Below are positions 41,003 through 50,283 of a stretch of 64,000 bases of DNA, in pieces (the stretch's first letter is position 1; every line of letters starts with the position of its first letter). Location: assembly GCA_963752285.1 (NCBI GenBank), contig CAVVXN010000005.1:128001-192000 (forward strand), given 5' to 3'. A program made the translations under genes and the position numbers. The DNA is from an uncultured Planctomycetota bacterium. GTDB taxonomy: Bacteria; Planctomycetota; PLA2; JAEUHO01. Under the pieces are notes generated by a model. The model was given only the letters and a program-made list of their open reading frames with translations, ran no database searches and was not told the DNA's origin.

Positions 41003-41581
41003 CTACGGAGCCGGGGCGGCCTTGCCGTTCGCGCCGGACGGCGCGAAGAAGTGCTGCCGGTAGTACCGGAGCTCCTCGATCGACTCGTGCACGTCGGCGC
41101 GCGCCTCGTGGAGGTTCGCCTTCGCGGGCGGGTGGAACCGACGGGGGTACCAGCGCCGAATCATCTCCTTGAGGGTGGAGACGTCCACGTTCCGGTAGTG
41201 GAGGAAGTCGTGGAGCCGGCGCATGTGCCGCCAGAGGAACGCGCGGTCCGTGTGCACGGAGTTGCCGCAGAGCGGCGACGCCCGGGGCGGGCACCACCGC
41301 CCGAGGAACGCGAGGGTCTGTTCCTCGGCCTCGGCGAGCGTCACGGTCGAGGCCCGGACCCTCTCCAGGAGCCCCGACCGGGTGAACTGCTCGCGACTCC
41401 ACTCCGAGAGCGTCCCGAGCTCGCCCTCCCCGTGGTGGATCACCAGGTGGGGGCCCTCCGCGAGGATCTCGAGGTCCCCGTTCGTGACCAGGGTCGCGAT
41501 CTCCACGATGTGGCACCGGTCCGGGTCCAGACCGGTCATCTCGAGGTCGATCCACACGAGCGGCGCGTCGGGCTCTTCCAT
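41003..41581 (-). CDS. orn: Oligoribonuclease
   Basis: Motifs LVWIDLEMTGLD, PLCGNSV..DR.FL, HYRNVDVSTLKE and H.A..D..ESI.EL.YYR. Confidence 0.95.
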   Translation of the reverse strand: MEEPDAPLVWIDLEMTGLDPDRCHIVEIATLVTNGDLEILAEGPHLVIHHGEGELGTLSEWSREQFTRSGLLERVRASTVTLAEAEEQTLAFLGRWCPPRASPLCGNSVHTDRAFLWRHMRRLHDFLHYRNVDVSTLKEMIRRWYPRRFHPPAKANLHEARADVHESIEELRYYRQHFFAPSGANGKAAPAP

Positions 41582-41676
41582 GGTCGGGCGGAGTGTAGCC
41601 GATGGCCCCCACGCCCCCGCCCACCGCACGGGCGCCGCCCCCGCCCCCCGACCGAAGCCCCCCCGCCCCCCCCCCG

Positions 41677-41836
41677 CCGCCGCCGCGATGCGGCGAGGCC
41701 GAAGGCCAAAGCCGCGAGCCCGCCCCCGCCCCGCCGCCGCCGCGATGCGGCGAGGCCGAAGGCCAAAGCCGCGAGCCCGCCCGCCCCCCGCCGCCGCGAT
41801 GCGGCGAGGCCGAAGGCCAAAGCCGCGAGCCCGCCC
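41677..41836. repeat. Three tandem copies of a 49-bp REP-like hairpin repeat
   Basis: CCGCCGCCGCGATGCGGCGAGGCCGAAGGCCAAAGCCGCGAGCCCGCCC occurs at 41677, 41734 and 41788 (periods 57 and 54). Confidence 0.9.
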
Positions 41837-41965
41837 CCGCCGCGAACACGGTTGCGCCCGGCGGCCGGCGGAGGTGCGTGCGGAGTGGTCCTGACGACGA
41901 CGCCGCGTGCGAATGCACGCAAGGAGGAGGAAGGGCCGCTCCGTGCGTGCCTCCGCCGGCCGCCG

Positions 41966-43474
41966 CTAGGAGCCAGAGCCGAAGGTGTCGGCCTTGGGGG
42001 TAAAACCGGTCCCGTCCCGGTCCGCGCGCGCGTCGTCCTGGAGGCTCACCTCGTCGCGGCCGAGGGCGAACTGCACCCCGCGGACGACGTCGTCCTTCGC
42101 GCCGTCCTTGCCCTGGAGGGCGTCCTCGACCGAGCGGTAGAAGGCGAGGATCTGCTTCGACCAGGGCCCGTTGCCGACGCCGGGCACGATCTCCTCCTCG
42201 ACGAACGTCGCGCTCTTGTCGTCGCCCGTCTCGGTCAGGCACCACGCCAGCAGCGAGCGCTTCCCGCCGTTCTTCCACGCGCCGCGCCCGCCGACGGACT
42301 CCTTCTTCAGGAGCTTCTCGACCTCGCGGCACGTCTTGCCGTCCTTCCCGAAGTAGGCGAGGCCGATGATCGCGCCGTAGGACCCGAACGGCTCCTTGGC
42401 GGACTGGACGCGCTTCTCGAGGGCCTTTCGGTACCGGTCCTCGCCCGCGCCGCAGCGGCCGAGCGCGCGGTACAGGTGATTCGCGATGGCGTCGTCCTTC
42501 TCGTGGCCGGCCTGTTTCAAGATCGCGCTCGCGGACGCGGCCGACCCGATGTACTCCAGGCTCACGGCCGCGTTCGCGCGGAGCGTGTCCTCGCGCGAGT
42601 CGAGAAACCCCTCGATCGGCTCGCGCGCGGCCTCGAGCCCCGGCCGTCCGAGCACGCGCACGATGTCCACCGCCACGGGCACGTCCTTCTTCGACGTGTC
42701 GAGGAGCGCGACGAGCTGCGCGACGACGTCGCCCTTCTGATCGGCTTCGACGAGCGCGCGCAGCGAGGCGCGCCGGGAGATCGGGTCGGGGCCCTTCGCG
42801 ATGGCGAGCTGCTTCTCGATCCACGCCTGTCGCGCCGTGGGGTCTTCGGGCGCCGCGGGGACGACGGGAGGGCCGCCCGCGTCCGGGGCCCCGGGCGCCT
42901 CTCCGGGCGCCGGCGTCGCCGCGCCGCGCCGCGCGTGGTCTTCGGCGAGGGCCTTCTCCATCATCTCCTTGAGGGCCTTCACCGCCTGGTCGCCGCGACC
43001 GTAGGGCCAGAACTCCTTGCGGTAGATCAGCTTCCCGTCGGGATACGCGAAGAGGTGCTGCGGCGACACGATGTCGCCGTCGATCGAGAACCGGGCGCGC
43101 AGCTCCCCGAAGTCGTCGGCGCTGCCCTCCGCCGTGAGGAACGCGCACACGAACTTCCGGCTCAGCTCGACGATCGCCGGGTCCTTGTACGTGTGCTCCC
43201 TCAGCTCCTGCGCGGCGGGTTCGCGTCGCTCGCCCACCACGCTGTGGGAGTTGATGCAGATCATCAGCGGCTTGTCCTCGGCCTTCGCGGTGTCGAACGC
43301 GACGGGGAGGCTCGTGATGAAGGCGATCGCGGCGGGGGCGTCGTCGGCGGCGATCGTCGGCGAGGGGCGCGCCGCCCAGGGGAGGCAGAGGGCGAGGAGG
43401 ACGACGAGCGGCCGCGGCTGCCCCGCTCGTGCCCGCGATGCCGGTCCGCGCGCTCGGAGCTCGTCGTCTCGCAT
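41966..43474 (-). CDS. Secreted thioredoxin-like / HEAT-repeat protein
   Basis: Signal peptide, a Trx-like start (AF..AKAEDKPLMI), a Pro linker and HEAT repeats (LRANAAVSLEYIG; LYRALGRCG). Confidence 0.75.
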   Translation of the reverse strand: MRDDELRARGPASRARAGQPRPLVVLLALCLPWAARPSPTIAADDAPAAIAFITSLPVAFDTAKAEDKPLMICINSHSVVGERREPAAQELREHTYKDPAIVELSRKFVCAFLTAEGSADDFGELRARFSIDGDIVSPQHLFAYPDGKLIYRKEFWPYGRGDQAVKALKEMMEKALAEDHARRGAATPAPGEAPGAPDAGGPPVVPAAPEDPTARQAWIEKQLAIAKGPDPISRRASLRALVEADQKGDVVAQLVALLDTSKKDVPVAVDIVRVLGRPGLEAAREPIEGFLDSREDTLRANAAVSLEYIGSAASASAILKQAGHEKDDAIANHLYRALGRCGAGEDRYRKALEKRVQSAKEPFGSYGAIIGLAYFGKDGKTCREVEKLLKKESVGGRGAWKNGGKRSLLAWCLTETGDDKSATFVEEEIVPGVGNGPWSKQILAFYRSVEDALQGKDGAKDDVVRGVQFALGRDEVSLQDDARADRDGTGFTPKADTFGSGS

Positions 43475-43544
43475 GGGGGCCTCCCCGGGGTCGTGGGTAC
43501 CCGGTCTCCGGGTCCACGACCCGCCCAGGGTACCGCGGCCGGCC

Positions 43545-44633
43545 TCAGCGGCGGCGCGGCGGCGTGTCGGGCGCCGGCGCCCCCCCGAGCGCGGCCTCGA
43601 GGGCGAGCTGCCCGCAGGCGGCCGAGATCTCGTCCCCCCGGCGGGTCCGGAGCGTCGCCGAGACGTGTCGGGCGCGGAGCCGCCCGAGGAAGCCGCGGGC
43701 GGCGAGCCCGGAGGGGGGACGGAGGTCTGGGCGGTGGCGCACCTGGTTCAAGGGGATCAGGTTGACGTGCAGGTGGCGCCCGCGAAGCAGGCGGCCCAGC
43801 GTCTCGGCGTGCTCCGCCCGGTCGTTCTCGCCCTCGATCAGGACGTACTCGATCGTCGCGTCGCGACCCGTCGCCCGCGCGTACCGCGTCGCCGCCTCGA
43901 CGAGCTCCTCGGTCCGACCCGGTCGGCTCGTCGGGACGAGGCGTCCCCGTGTCTCGTCGTCGGGCCCGTGGAGGGAGACGGCGAGGTTCGTGCCGAGGTC
44001 CGCCTCGCGCAGGCGGTCCACGAGCGCGCCCGTGGACGCCGTCGAGATGGTGATCCGCCGGGGCGAGAGGCCGAGCCCGCGCGGGTCCCGCCAGAGCGCG
44101 ACGGCCCGTCCCAGCGCCTCGAGGTTGAGCAGGGGTTCGCCCATGCCCATTACCACGACGTGCGTGGGGCGCTCGCCCCGCGCGTCCACGAACCGGAGCG
44201 GCTGCTCGACGATCTCGGCCACGGCCAGGTTCCGGACGAGGCCGCCGACCCCGGACGCGCAGAACACGCAGCCGATCGGGCAGCCGACCTGTGTGGAGAC
44301 GCAGACGGTCCGCCGGCGTCCTTCGGGGATCCACACGCTCTCGACGCGTCGGCGGTCCGTGAGCTCGACGAGGAGCTTCGTCGTCCCGTCCGCGGCTTCC
44401 TTCGCCTCGAGGACCCGCGTCGCCTCCGGGGTCACGACCTCCTCGAGCCGCAGGCGGAGCGCCGCGGGGAGCGCGCGGAGCGCGTCCACGCCTAGGGCCC
44501 CGTGCCGGTGCACGGCCTCGAACACCTGGTCGGTCCGGTAGCGCTCGGCGCCGAGGGCCGCCAGGATGCGCGCGAGCTCCGGGGGGAGGAGGCCCGCGAG
44601 GAAGGGGCGGTCGGGGGCGGGAACCGGGTCCAC
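43545..44633 (-). CDS. rlmN: Dual-specificity rRNA/tRNA methyltransferase (radical SAM)
   Basis: Motifs DGTTK, ESV, CVSTQVGCPIGCVFCASG, MGMGEPL, VNLIPLN and AACGQL. Confidence 0.93.
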   Translation of the reverse strand: MDPVPAPDRPFLAGLLPPELARILAALGAERYRTDQVFEAVHRHGALGVDALRALPAALRLRLEEVVTPEATRVLEAKEAADGTTKLLVELTDRRRVESVWIPEGRRRTVCVSTQVGCPIGCVFCASGVGGLVRNLAVAEIVEQPLRFVDARGERPTHVVVMGMGEPLLNLEALGRAVALWRDPRGLGLSPRRITISTASTGALVDRLREADLGTNLAVSLHGPDDETRGRLVPTSRPGRTEELVEAATRYARATGRDATIEYVLIEGENDRAEHAETLGRLLRGRHLHVNLIPLNQVRHRPDLRPPSGLAARGFLGRLRARHVSATLRTRRGDEISAACGQLALEAALGGAPAPDTPPRRR

Positions 44634-44688
44634 GAGGGAGGATCGTCGTCGGCGCGGAGGCTCGGGCCGGCCGGGCCGGCGCGCGGTG

Positions 44689-46002
44689 TCAGGACCCCGT
44701 CTTGCGTCGTTTCTGCTGGCCGCGGAGCGGGGTCCGTCCCTCGACCACGTCGCGGGTCACGCGGAAGACAGAGCCCGGCGGGCTGTCGGGGAGGTCGAAC
44801 ATCACCTCGAGCAGCAGCTCCTCGAGGATCGACCTCAGCGCGCGGACGCCCGTCTCGCGCTCGAGGGCCCGGTCGGCGATCGCGAGGAGCGCGTCGGGTT
44901 CCACCTCGAGCTCGGCGTTCTCCAGCGCGAACACCTGCTGGTACTGCCGCACGAGCGCGTTCTTCGGCTCCTGGAGCACGCGCACCATGTCCATCCGCGC
45001 GAGCGGGTCGAGGGTCGCGACCACGGGGAGCCGCCCGACGAACTCCGGGATCATCCCGAACTCGATCAGGTCGTGGGGCTGGACGAGGTGGAGGAGCGCC
45101 GCGCGCTCCTCGGCCTCGAGCCGCTGCGCGTCGCCCACGCCCCGGCCGAAGCCCATCAGGCTCCGCCCGGTGCGCCGCGCCACGATGTCCACGAGGCCCG
45201 AGAACGTGCCGCCGCAGATGAAGAGGATGTGCTCGGTGTCCACCTGGATGTACTGCTGCTCGGGGTGCTTCCGCCCGCCCTGGGGCGGGACGTTCGCGAT
45301 CGTGCCCTCCATGATCTTCAGGAGCGCCTGCTGCACGCCCTCGCCGCTCACGTCGCGGGTGATCGAGGGGTTCTGGGTCGTCCGGTTGATCTTGTCGATC
45401 TCGTCGATGTAGACGATCCCGAACTCGGCGCGCTCGCGGTTGAAGTCGGCGGCCTGGAGGAGCTTCAGGAGGATGTTCTCGACGTCCTCGCCGACGTAGC
45501 CCGCCTCGGTGAGCGTGGTGGCGTCGGCGATCGCGAAGGGGACGTCCAGGATGCGGGCCAGCGTGCGTGCGAGGAGGGTCTTCCCGCTCCCGGTCGGGCC
45601 CACCAGGAGGATGTTCGACTTGTCGAGCTCGACCTCGGAATCGACGCCGTAGACCGCACGCCGATAGTGGTTGTAGACCGCGACCGCGAGCGTCTTCTTC
45701 GCGCGGTCCTGGCCGACCACGTACTCGTCGAGGAACGACCGGATCTCGCGCGGGGTCTTGAGCGTCCCGCTCTCGCCGGCGAGCGCCGGCGGGCGGTCCT
45801 CCGTACGGCGCCCGGCGGGCCGGCGCGACCGGCGGACGGTCCGCCCGGCGCGCTTCTGCTCCTCGAGGAGGATCGTGTTGCAGAGCTCGACGCACTCGTT
45901 GCAGATGTTGATGCCCGGCGGGCCCGCGATCAGGCTCTCGACGGTGTGGCGGCTCTTGCCACAGAAGGTGCATTTCTCGATCGGCCCGCGCCGCGCCGTC
46001 AT
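44689..46002 (-). CDS. clpX: ATP-dependent Clp protease ATP-binding subunit
   Basis: C4 zinc domain, [37 protein letters not shown] and an MGF loop. Confidence 0.98.
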   Translation of the reverse strand: MTARRGPIEKCTFCGKSRHTVESLIAGPPGINICNECVELCNTILLEEQKRAGRTVRRSRRPAGRRTEDRPPALAGESGTLKTPREIRSFLDEYVVGQDRAKKTLAVAVYNHYRRAVYGVDSEVELDKSNILLVGPTGSGKTLLARTLARILDVPFAIADATTLTEAGYVGEDVENILLKLLQAADFNRERAEFGIVYIDEIDKINRTTQNPSITRDVSGEGVQQALLKIMEGTIANVPPQGGRKHPEQQYIQVDTEHILFICGGTFSGLVDIVARRTGRSLMGFGRGVGDAQRLEAEERAALLHLVQPHDLIEFGMIPEFVGRLPVVATLDPLARMDMVRVLQEPKNALVRQYQQVFALENAELEVEPDALLAIADRALERETGVRALRSILEELLLEVMFDLPDSPPGSVFRVTRDVVEGRTPLRGQQKRRKTGS

Positions 46003-46138
46003 TCGTGCACTCCGTACCGGACCTTCGTCCGGCCCCCGTGCGCGGGGGTGCCGTCCGAGCCTCCCGAGTCTAGCCGCGGGGCCGGGGCGCGAGCCCCGGG
46101 TCTGGCAAGGATTCCATCGGCTCGAACCGCGCCCTGGT

Positions 46139-46798
46139 TCAGGCGGAGGCGGTCGCCGGTCCCTTCGCCATGGACTCGACGACCTCGTCGATCAGGCCGT
46201 ACTCCCGGGCCTCGGCGGCGGACAGGTACTTGTTTCGCTCCGTGTCGCGCTCGATCTCCTCGAGGGGCCGGCCGGTGTGACGGGCGAGGATCTGGTTCAG
46301 GACGGCCCGGTTCTCGAGGATCTCCTCCGCCTCGATCTCGATGTCGGCCGCGGTGCCCTGCACGCCGCCCCACGGCTGGTGGATCATGATCCGGGAGTTC
46401 GGCAGCGCGCGGCGCTTTCCTGGGGAGCCCGCGGCCAGGAGGATCGCGGCCATGCTCGCCGCGCTCCCGATGCACACGGTCTCGATGGGGCACGAGACGT
46501 ACTGCAACGTGTCGTAGATCGCGAGACCGGACGAGATCAGGCCGCCCGGGCTGTTGATGTAGAGGTGGACGTCACGGTTCCGGTCGCTCTTCTGGAGGTA
46601 GAGGAGCTGGCCGATCACGATGTTGGCGACGTCGTCGTTGATCGGCGTGCCGAGGAACACGATGCGATCCTCGAGCAGGCGGCTCCACAGGTCGTAGACG
46701 CGCTCTCCGCGCCCCGTGCGCTCCACGATGGTCGGATTCGGGATGAGCGCCGCCCGGGGGCCGGCCCGCGAGGGGTCCTCGAAGCTCGGATGGGTCAC
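46139..46798 (-). CDS. clpP: ATP-dependent Clp protease proteolytic subunit (Asn at the catalytic Asp position)
   Basis: Motifs [27 protein letters not shown] and [26 protein letters not shown] precedes the GTG. Confidence 0.95.
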   Translation of the reverse strand: MTHPSFEDPSRAGPRAALIPNPTIVERTGRGERVYDLWSRLLEDRIVFLGTPINDDVANIVIGQLLYLQKSDRNRDVHLYINSPGGLISSGLAIYDTLQYVSCPIETVCIGSAASMAAILLAAGSPGKRRALPNSRIMIHQPWGGVQGTAADIEIEAEEILENRAVLNQILARHTGRPLEEIERDTERNKYLSAAEAREYGLIDEVVESMAKGPATASA

Positions 46799-46824
46799 GA
46801 TTCTGGCCTCCCGCGCCGACCGCG

Positions 46825-48279
46825 TCACGACGCGGACGCGTCCGCTTCGCCTTCCTTCGACTTCTTCTTGCTGGACTTCGGCCCGGACGACCTCTTCTTC
46901 GCGGGCTTCGCGCCTTGCTCCGGGGCGGCCGACGCCTCGGGGGGATCGACCTCCGTCACCTTCGCCTCCCGGTAGAGCAGCTCGCGGGTCTTCCGGTGCT
47001 TGATCTGCGTCTCGAGCTCCAGGAGCCCGCTCCCGTCGCGGAATGACGCGAGGACCTCCTCCTCGGGGCGCTGGTACACGCTCGCGATCTCCTGCACGGC
47101 CTGCGCCAGCTCGGACTCGGGGACCGACACGTCCTCCGCCTCGGCGATGCGGTCGAGGAGGAACCAGCGGCGCATGTCGTTCTCGACCGCCGCCTGCGCG
47201 TCGGTGCGGCCCGACTCGACCCGCTTCGCGATCTCCTCCTCGGGTACGCCCTCGACCTCGAGCTGCATCCGGAGCCGACGGGCCCACCGCTCGGTCTCCC
47301 GCTCGACGAACGGCTCCGGCAGCGAGATGTCGAGACCGGAGACGAGCTGGTCGAGAAGCCGAGCCTCGCCCGCCTGGTCGCGGTTCCGGGTCTTCACGCG
47401 ACGGATGCGCTTCTCGAGCTCCGCGCGCATCTCCGTCTCGTCGTCGTAGTCGTGGCGCTTCAGGAACCCCTCGTCCACCGGCGGGAGGGCGTAGCGCTTC
47501 ACCTCCTTCAGCTCGACCTCGAGGTGGAGCTCCTTCCCGCGGAGCTCCTCCCGCAGGTCGTCCGCGGCGACGTGGACCGTGGCCTCGGCCTTCGCGCCCG
47601 GCGCCTTCCCGAGCAGCGCGGCGTCGAGGGTCTCGACCACGAACCCGGCGAGCACGCCACGGCCCAGGGGGTAGTAGACGTTCTGGTCGTGCGCGACGAC
47701 GCTCTCGCCGTCCTTCGCCTCCCAGTCCACGATCGCGATGTCGCTCTTCTCGAGGGGCTCGCCTTCGCCGGCGGTCGTGAGCTTGGCGTCCCGGCGTCGG
47801 ATGGCGTCCACCGCCGCCTGGATCTCGGCCTCGGCCACCTCGACGCGCGGCACCTCGAGGGCGACCCCCTTGTACTCCGGCGTCTCGAACTCGGGCTTCA
47901 CGACGAGCTCGAGCTCGAACGAGAACGGGGCGTCCGGCTGGAGCTCGAGCGCCTCGACGTCCACGTGGGGCGCCTCGATCGGATCGACCTTCTTCTCCTC
48001 GAGGATCTGCTTGATCGCACCCTCGACGAGCTGCTCCTTGACCTCCCGGCCGAGGCTGGTCGCGAACCGCTTCTCGAGGAGGCGGCGAGGCGCGTGTCCC
48101 TTCCGAAACCCGGGGTACACGATCGACTCGTTGATCTCCTGGTAGCGCTTGTCGAAGGCCTCGCGCACGCGGTCGGGAGGGAGGGTGATCGCCACCTTCT
48201 TCCGACAGGGGCCGAGGCTCTCCACCTGGACGTCCATCGGCGGGGTCTCGACGGCAGGGGTTTCCGGGGGGCTGTCCAC
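46825..48279 (-). CDS. tig: Trigger factor
   Basis: PGFRKGHAP ribosome-binding motif, P..E..EYKG and an FKBP-like region; upstream of clpP-clpX. The start is uncertain (GTG 48279 with GGAG, TTG 48318 or ATG 48237). Confidence 0.92.
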   Translation of the reverse strand: MDSPPETPAVETPPMDVQVESLGPCRKKVAITLPPDRVREAFDKRYQEINESIVYPGFRKGHAPRRLLEKRFATSLGREVKEQLVEGAIKQILEEKKVDPIEAPHVDVEALELQPDAPFSFELELVVKPEFETPEYKGVALEVPRVEVAEAEIQAAVDAIRRRDAKLTTAGEGEPLEKSDIAIVDWEAKDGESVVAHDQNVYYPLGRGVLAGFVVETLDAALLGKAPGAKAEATVHVAADDLREELRGKELHLEVELKEVKRYALPPVDEGFLKRHDYDDETEMRAELEKRIRRVKTRNRDQAGEARLLDQLVSGLDISLPEPFVERETERWARRLRMQLEVEGVPEEEIAKRVESGRTDAQAAVENDMRRWFLLDRIAEAEDVSVPESELAQAVQEIASVYQRPEEEVLASFRDGSGLLELETQIKHRKTRELLYREAKVTEVDPPEASAAPEQGAKPAKKRSSGPKSSKKKSKEGEADASAS

Positions 48280-48439
48280 GTCGTGCTCCGGCGCGGGGGT
48301 CCCGACGGCACCGCGCAAGCCTCAGAGCGTAGCCCGCCCTCCCGGCCCCCGAAGGGATCCCGCGGGCGCTTCTCCCGACCGGGAAGAGACGATCCCGACG
48401 TGTGCGGCGGCCCGGAGGAGACGTGACGGAGGGGGATCC

Positions 48440-48467
48440 TTGCACCGGGCTCGGTCGCCCGTACCAT
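48440..48467 (+). promoter_or_regulatory. Putative sigma70 promoter for rho
   Basis: TTGCAC-16nt-TACCAT, about 350 nt upstream of the rho ATG. Confidence 0.5.
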
Positions 48468-48819
48468 GACGGCGGCTTGGAGGACTTCCGGGATGGGGCC
48501 CGGCGCGGCCATCGCGCCGCGTGCCCGTCCGGCGGCCGTGGCCTTCTCGGCCGCGACCCGAGTCGAGTGGTCCCGAACGACGCGCACGGTGCGTCGAGCG
48601 AGATGCGCGCGGAAGTCTCTCCAGGGGTGCCGGCCACGGGGGCCGCCATCCTGCCGTTGCTGAGTGACCCGGGCCCCGAGTGCACGTCCCCTCGCCGGGG
48701 ACCGCGAGGCCGTCGCCGTACGCGTCGGCCACGGGGTCGTAGCGATTCGAGGCCGGCGAACCGTGGAGCGGGCGCGACCCGCCGCCGGCCTGAACCCTCG
48801 TGCTCCCTAGGACCTCGAG

Positions 48820-50136
48820 ATGAACGACAACCGCACCCCGTCGGGTGGTCCGCCGGGTCGCCGCCGCCGCCGCCGTCGCGGAGGACGCGGCCGGGCCCGC
48901 CCCGTCGCGGTCGAGACCGCCCCCTACGACGACTCCGGCCTGCCGATGGGCTCGGCGTCCGACGAGGCCGCGCCGCCGCCGCCCAATCCCGATCGTCCGT
49001 TCGAGCCCCCGACGACGGCCGCCCTGTACGAGATGGGAGTGCTCGACGCGACACGCGACGGGCACGGGTTCCTGAGGAGCCCGTCCACGGGGTATGTGCC
49101 GAGCCTCGAGGACGCGTACGTTCCCCCCAGCCTCGTGCGCCAGTACGGCATGCGGGACGGCGCGATCGTCGATGGCGAGGTGGGCCCGCCCAAGCGCAAG
49201 GGGCAGAACCCGCAGCTGATCGTGCCGACGTGCATCGGTGGTGTGGCCCCGCACCTGTACCATCAGACGCCGAAGTGGGACGACCTCACCGTCGTAGACC
49301 CCGAGCAGCGCATCGACCTCGCGCAGGGGACCGACGACATCACGCTGCGGATCATCGACATGCTCAGCCCGATCGGGTTCGGGCAGCGCGGGCTCCTCGT
49401 GTCCCCGCCGCGCGCGGGCAAGACGATGATCCTGCAGAAGATCGCCCAGTCGGTGCAGAAGAGCTACCCCGACGCGTACCTCATCGTGCTCCTCGTGGAC
49501 GAGCGGCCCGAAGAGGCGACCGCCATGCGGCGCGCGACGAAGGGCGAGGTCGCCGTCTCGACGAACGACAAGCCCCCCGAGTCGCACGTCCGCGTGACCG
49601 AGATGGTGCTCAAGAAGGCGAAGCGCCTCGTCGAGGCCGGGCGCGACGTGGTCGTGCTGATGGACTCGTTGACCCGGCTCGGCCGCGCGTACAACCTGCT
49701 GCAGCGCGGCGGCGGCCGGACCCTGTCGGGCGGCATCGACTCGCGGACGCTCGAGCGGCCGAAGGCCTTCTTCGGCGCCGCGCGCAAGGTCGAGCACGGC
49801 GGCTCGCTCACGATCGTGGCGACGGCCCTGATCGACACCGGCTCCCGGATGGACCAGGTCATCTTCGAGGAGTTCAAGGGCACGGGCAACATGGAACTCG
49901 TGCTCGATCGCGACCTCGCCGAGCAGCGGATCTGGCCCGCCATCGACGTGAACAAGTCGGGTACGCGCAAGGAGGAGAAGCTCCTCCCGCCGTCGTTCCT
50001 GGAACGCGTCTACCTCCTGCGCCGGGCCCTCAACAAGGCGCGTCCCGTCGAGGCGATGCAGATCCTGATCGACCGGCTCGGGCAGTTCCCCACGAACGAG
50101 GACTTCCTCGGGAGCCTCCGCCCCCGCGGGGACTGA
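48820..50136 (+). CDS. rho: Transcription termination factor Rho
   Basis: Motifs [45 protein letters not shown] and [12 protein letters not shown]. Confidence 0.97.
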   Translation: MNDNRTPSGGPPGRRRRRRRGGRGRARPVAVETAPYDDSGLPMGSASDEAAPPPPNPDRPFEPPTTAALYEMGVLDATRDGHGFLRSPSTGYVPSLEDAYVPPSLVRQYGMRDGAIVDGEVGPPKRKGQNPQLIVPTCIGGVAPHLYHQTPKWDDLTVVDPEQRIDLAQGTDDITLRIIDMLSPIGFGQRGLLVSPPRAGKTMILQKIAQSVQKSYPDAYLIVLLVDERPEEATAMRRATKGEVAVSTNDKPPESHVRVTEMVLKKAKRLVEAGRDVVVLMDSLTRLGRAYNLLQRGGGRTLSGGIDSRTLERPKAFFGAARKVEHGGSLTIVATALIDTGSRMDQVIFEEFKGTGNMELVLDRDLAEQRIWPAIDVNKSGTRKEEKLLPPSFLERVYLLRRALNKARPVEAMQILIDRLGQFPTNEDFLGSLRPRGD

Positions 50137-50283
50137 ACCCCGGGGCCCGGGCGGACCCCCGGGGGTGCCCCCGGAGGTCGGACGCGGGCGGCGCCTCCCT
50201 CGGCCTCGGAGCGGACCCGCCTCCATGGGTCGCTACCATGCCGAGTCGTCCCCGCCGCCCCCCGCGCGGCCCATGAGGTGCCC

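Noticed and set aside
41677..41836. Possible CRISPR array
   Set aside because: The linkers are only 5-8 nt of low complexity rather than unique spacers, and there are no cas genes in the window.
48280..48440. tRNA upstream of tig (a common arrangement)
   Set aside because: No cloverleaf, TTC-GA T-loop or CCA end was recognised.
50137..50175. CCCCGGGG inverted repeats after rho as an intrinsic terminator
   Set aside because: A hairpin is possible but there is no U-tract, so support is insufficient.
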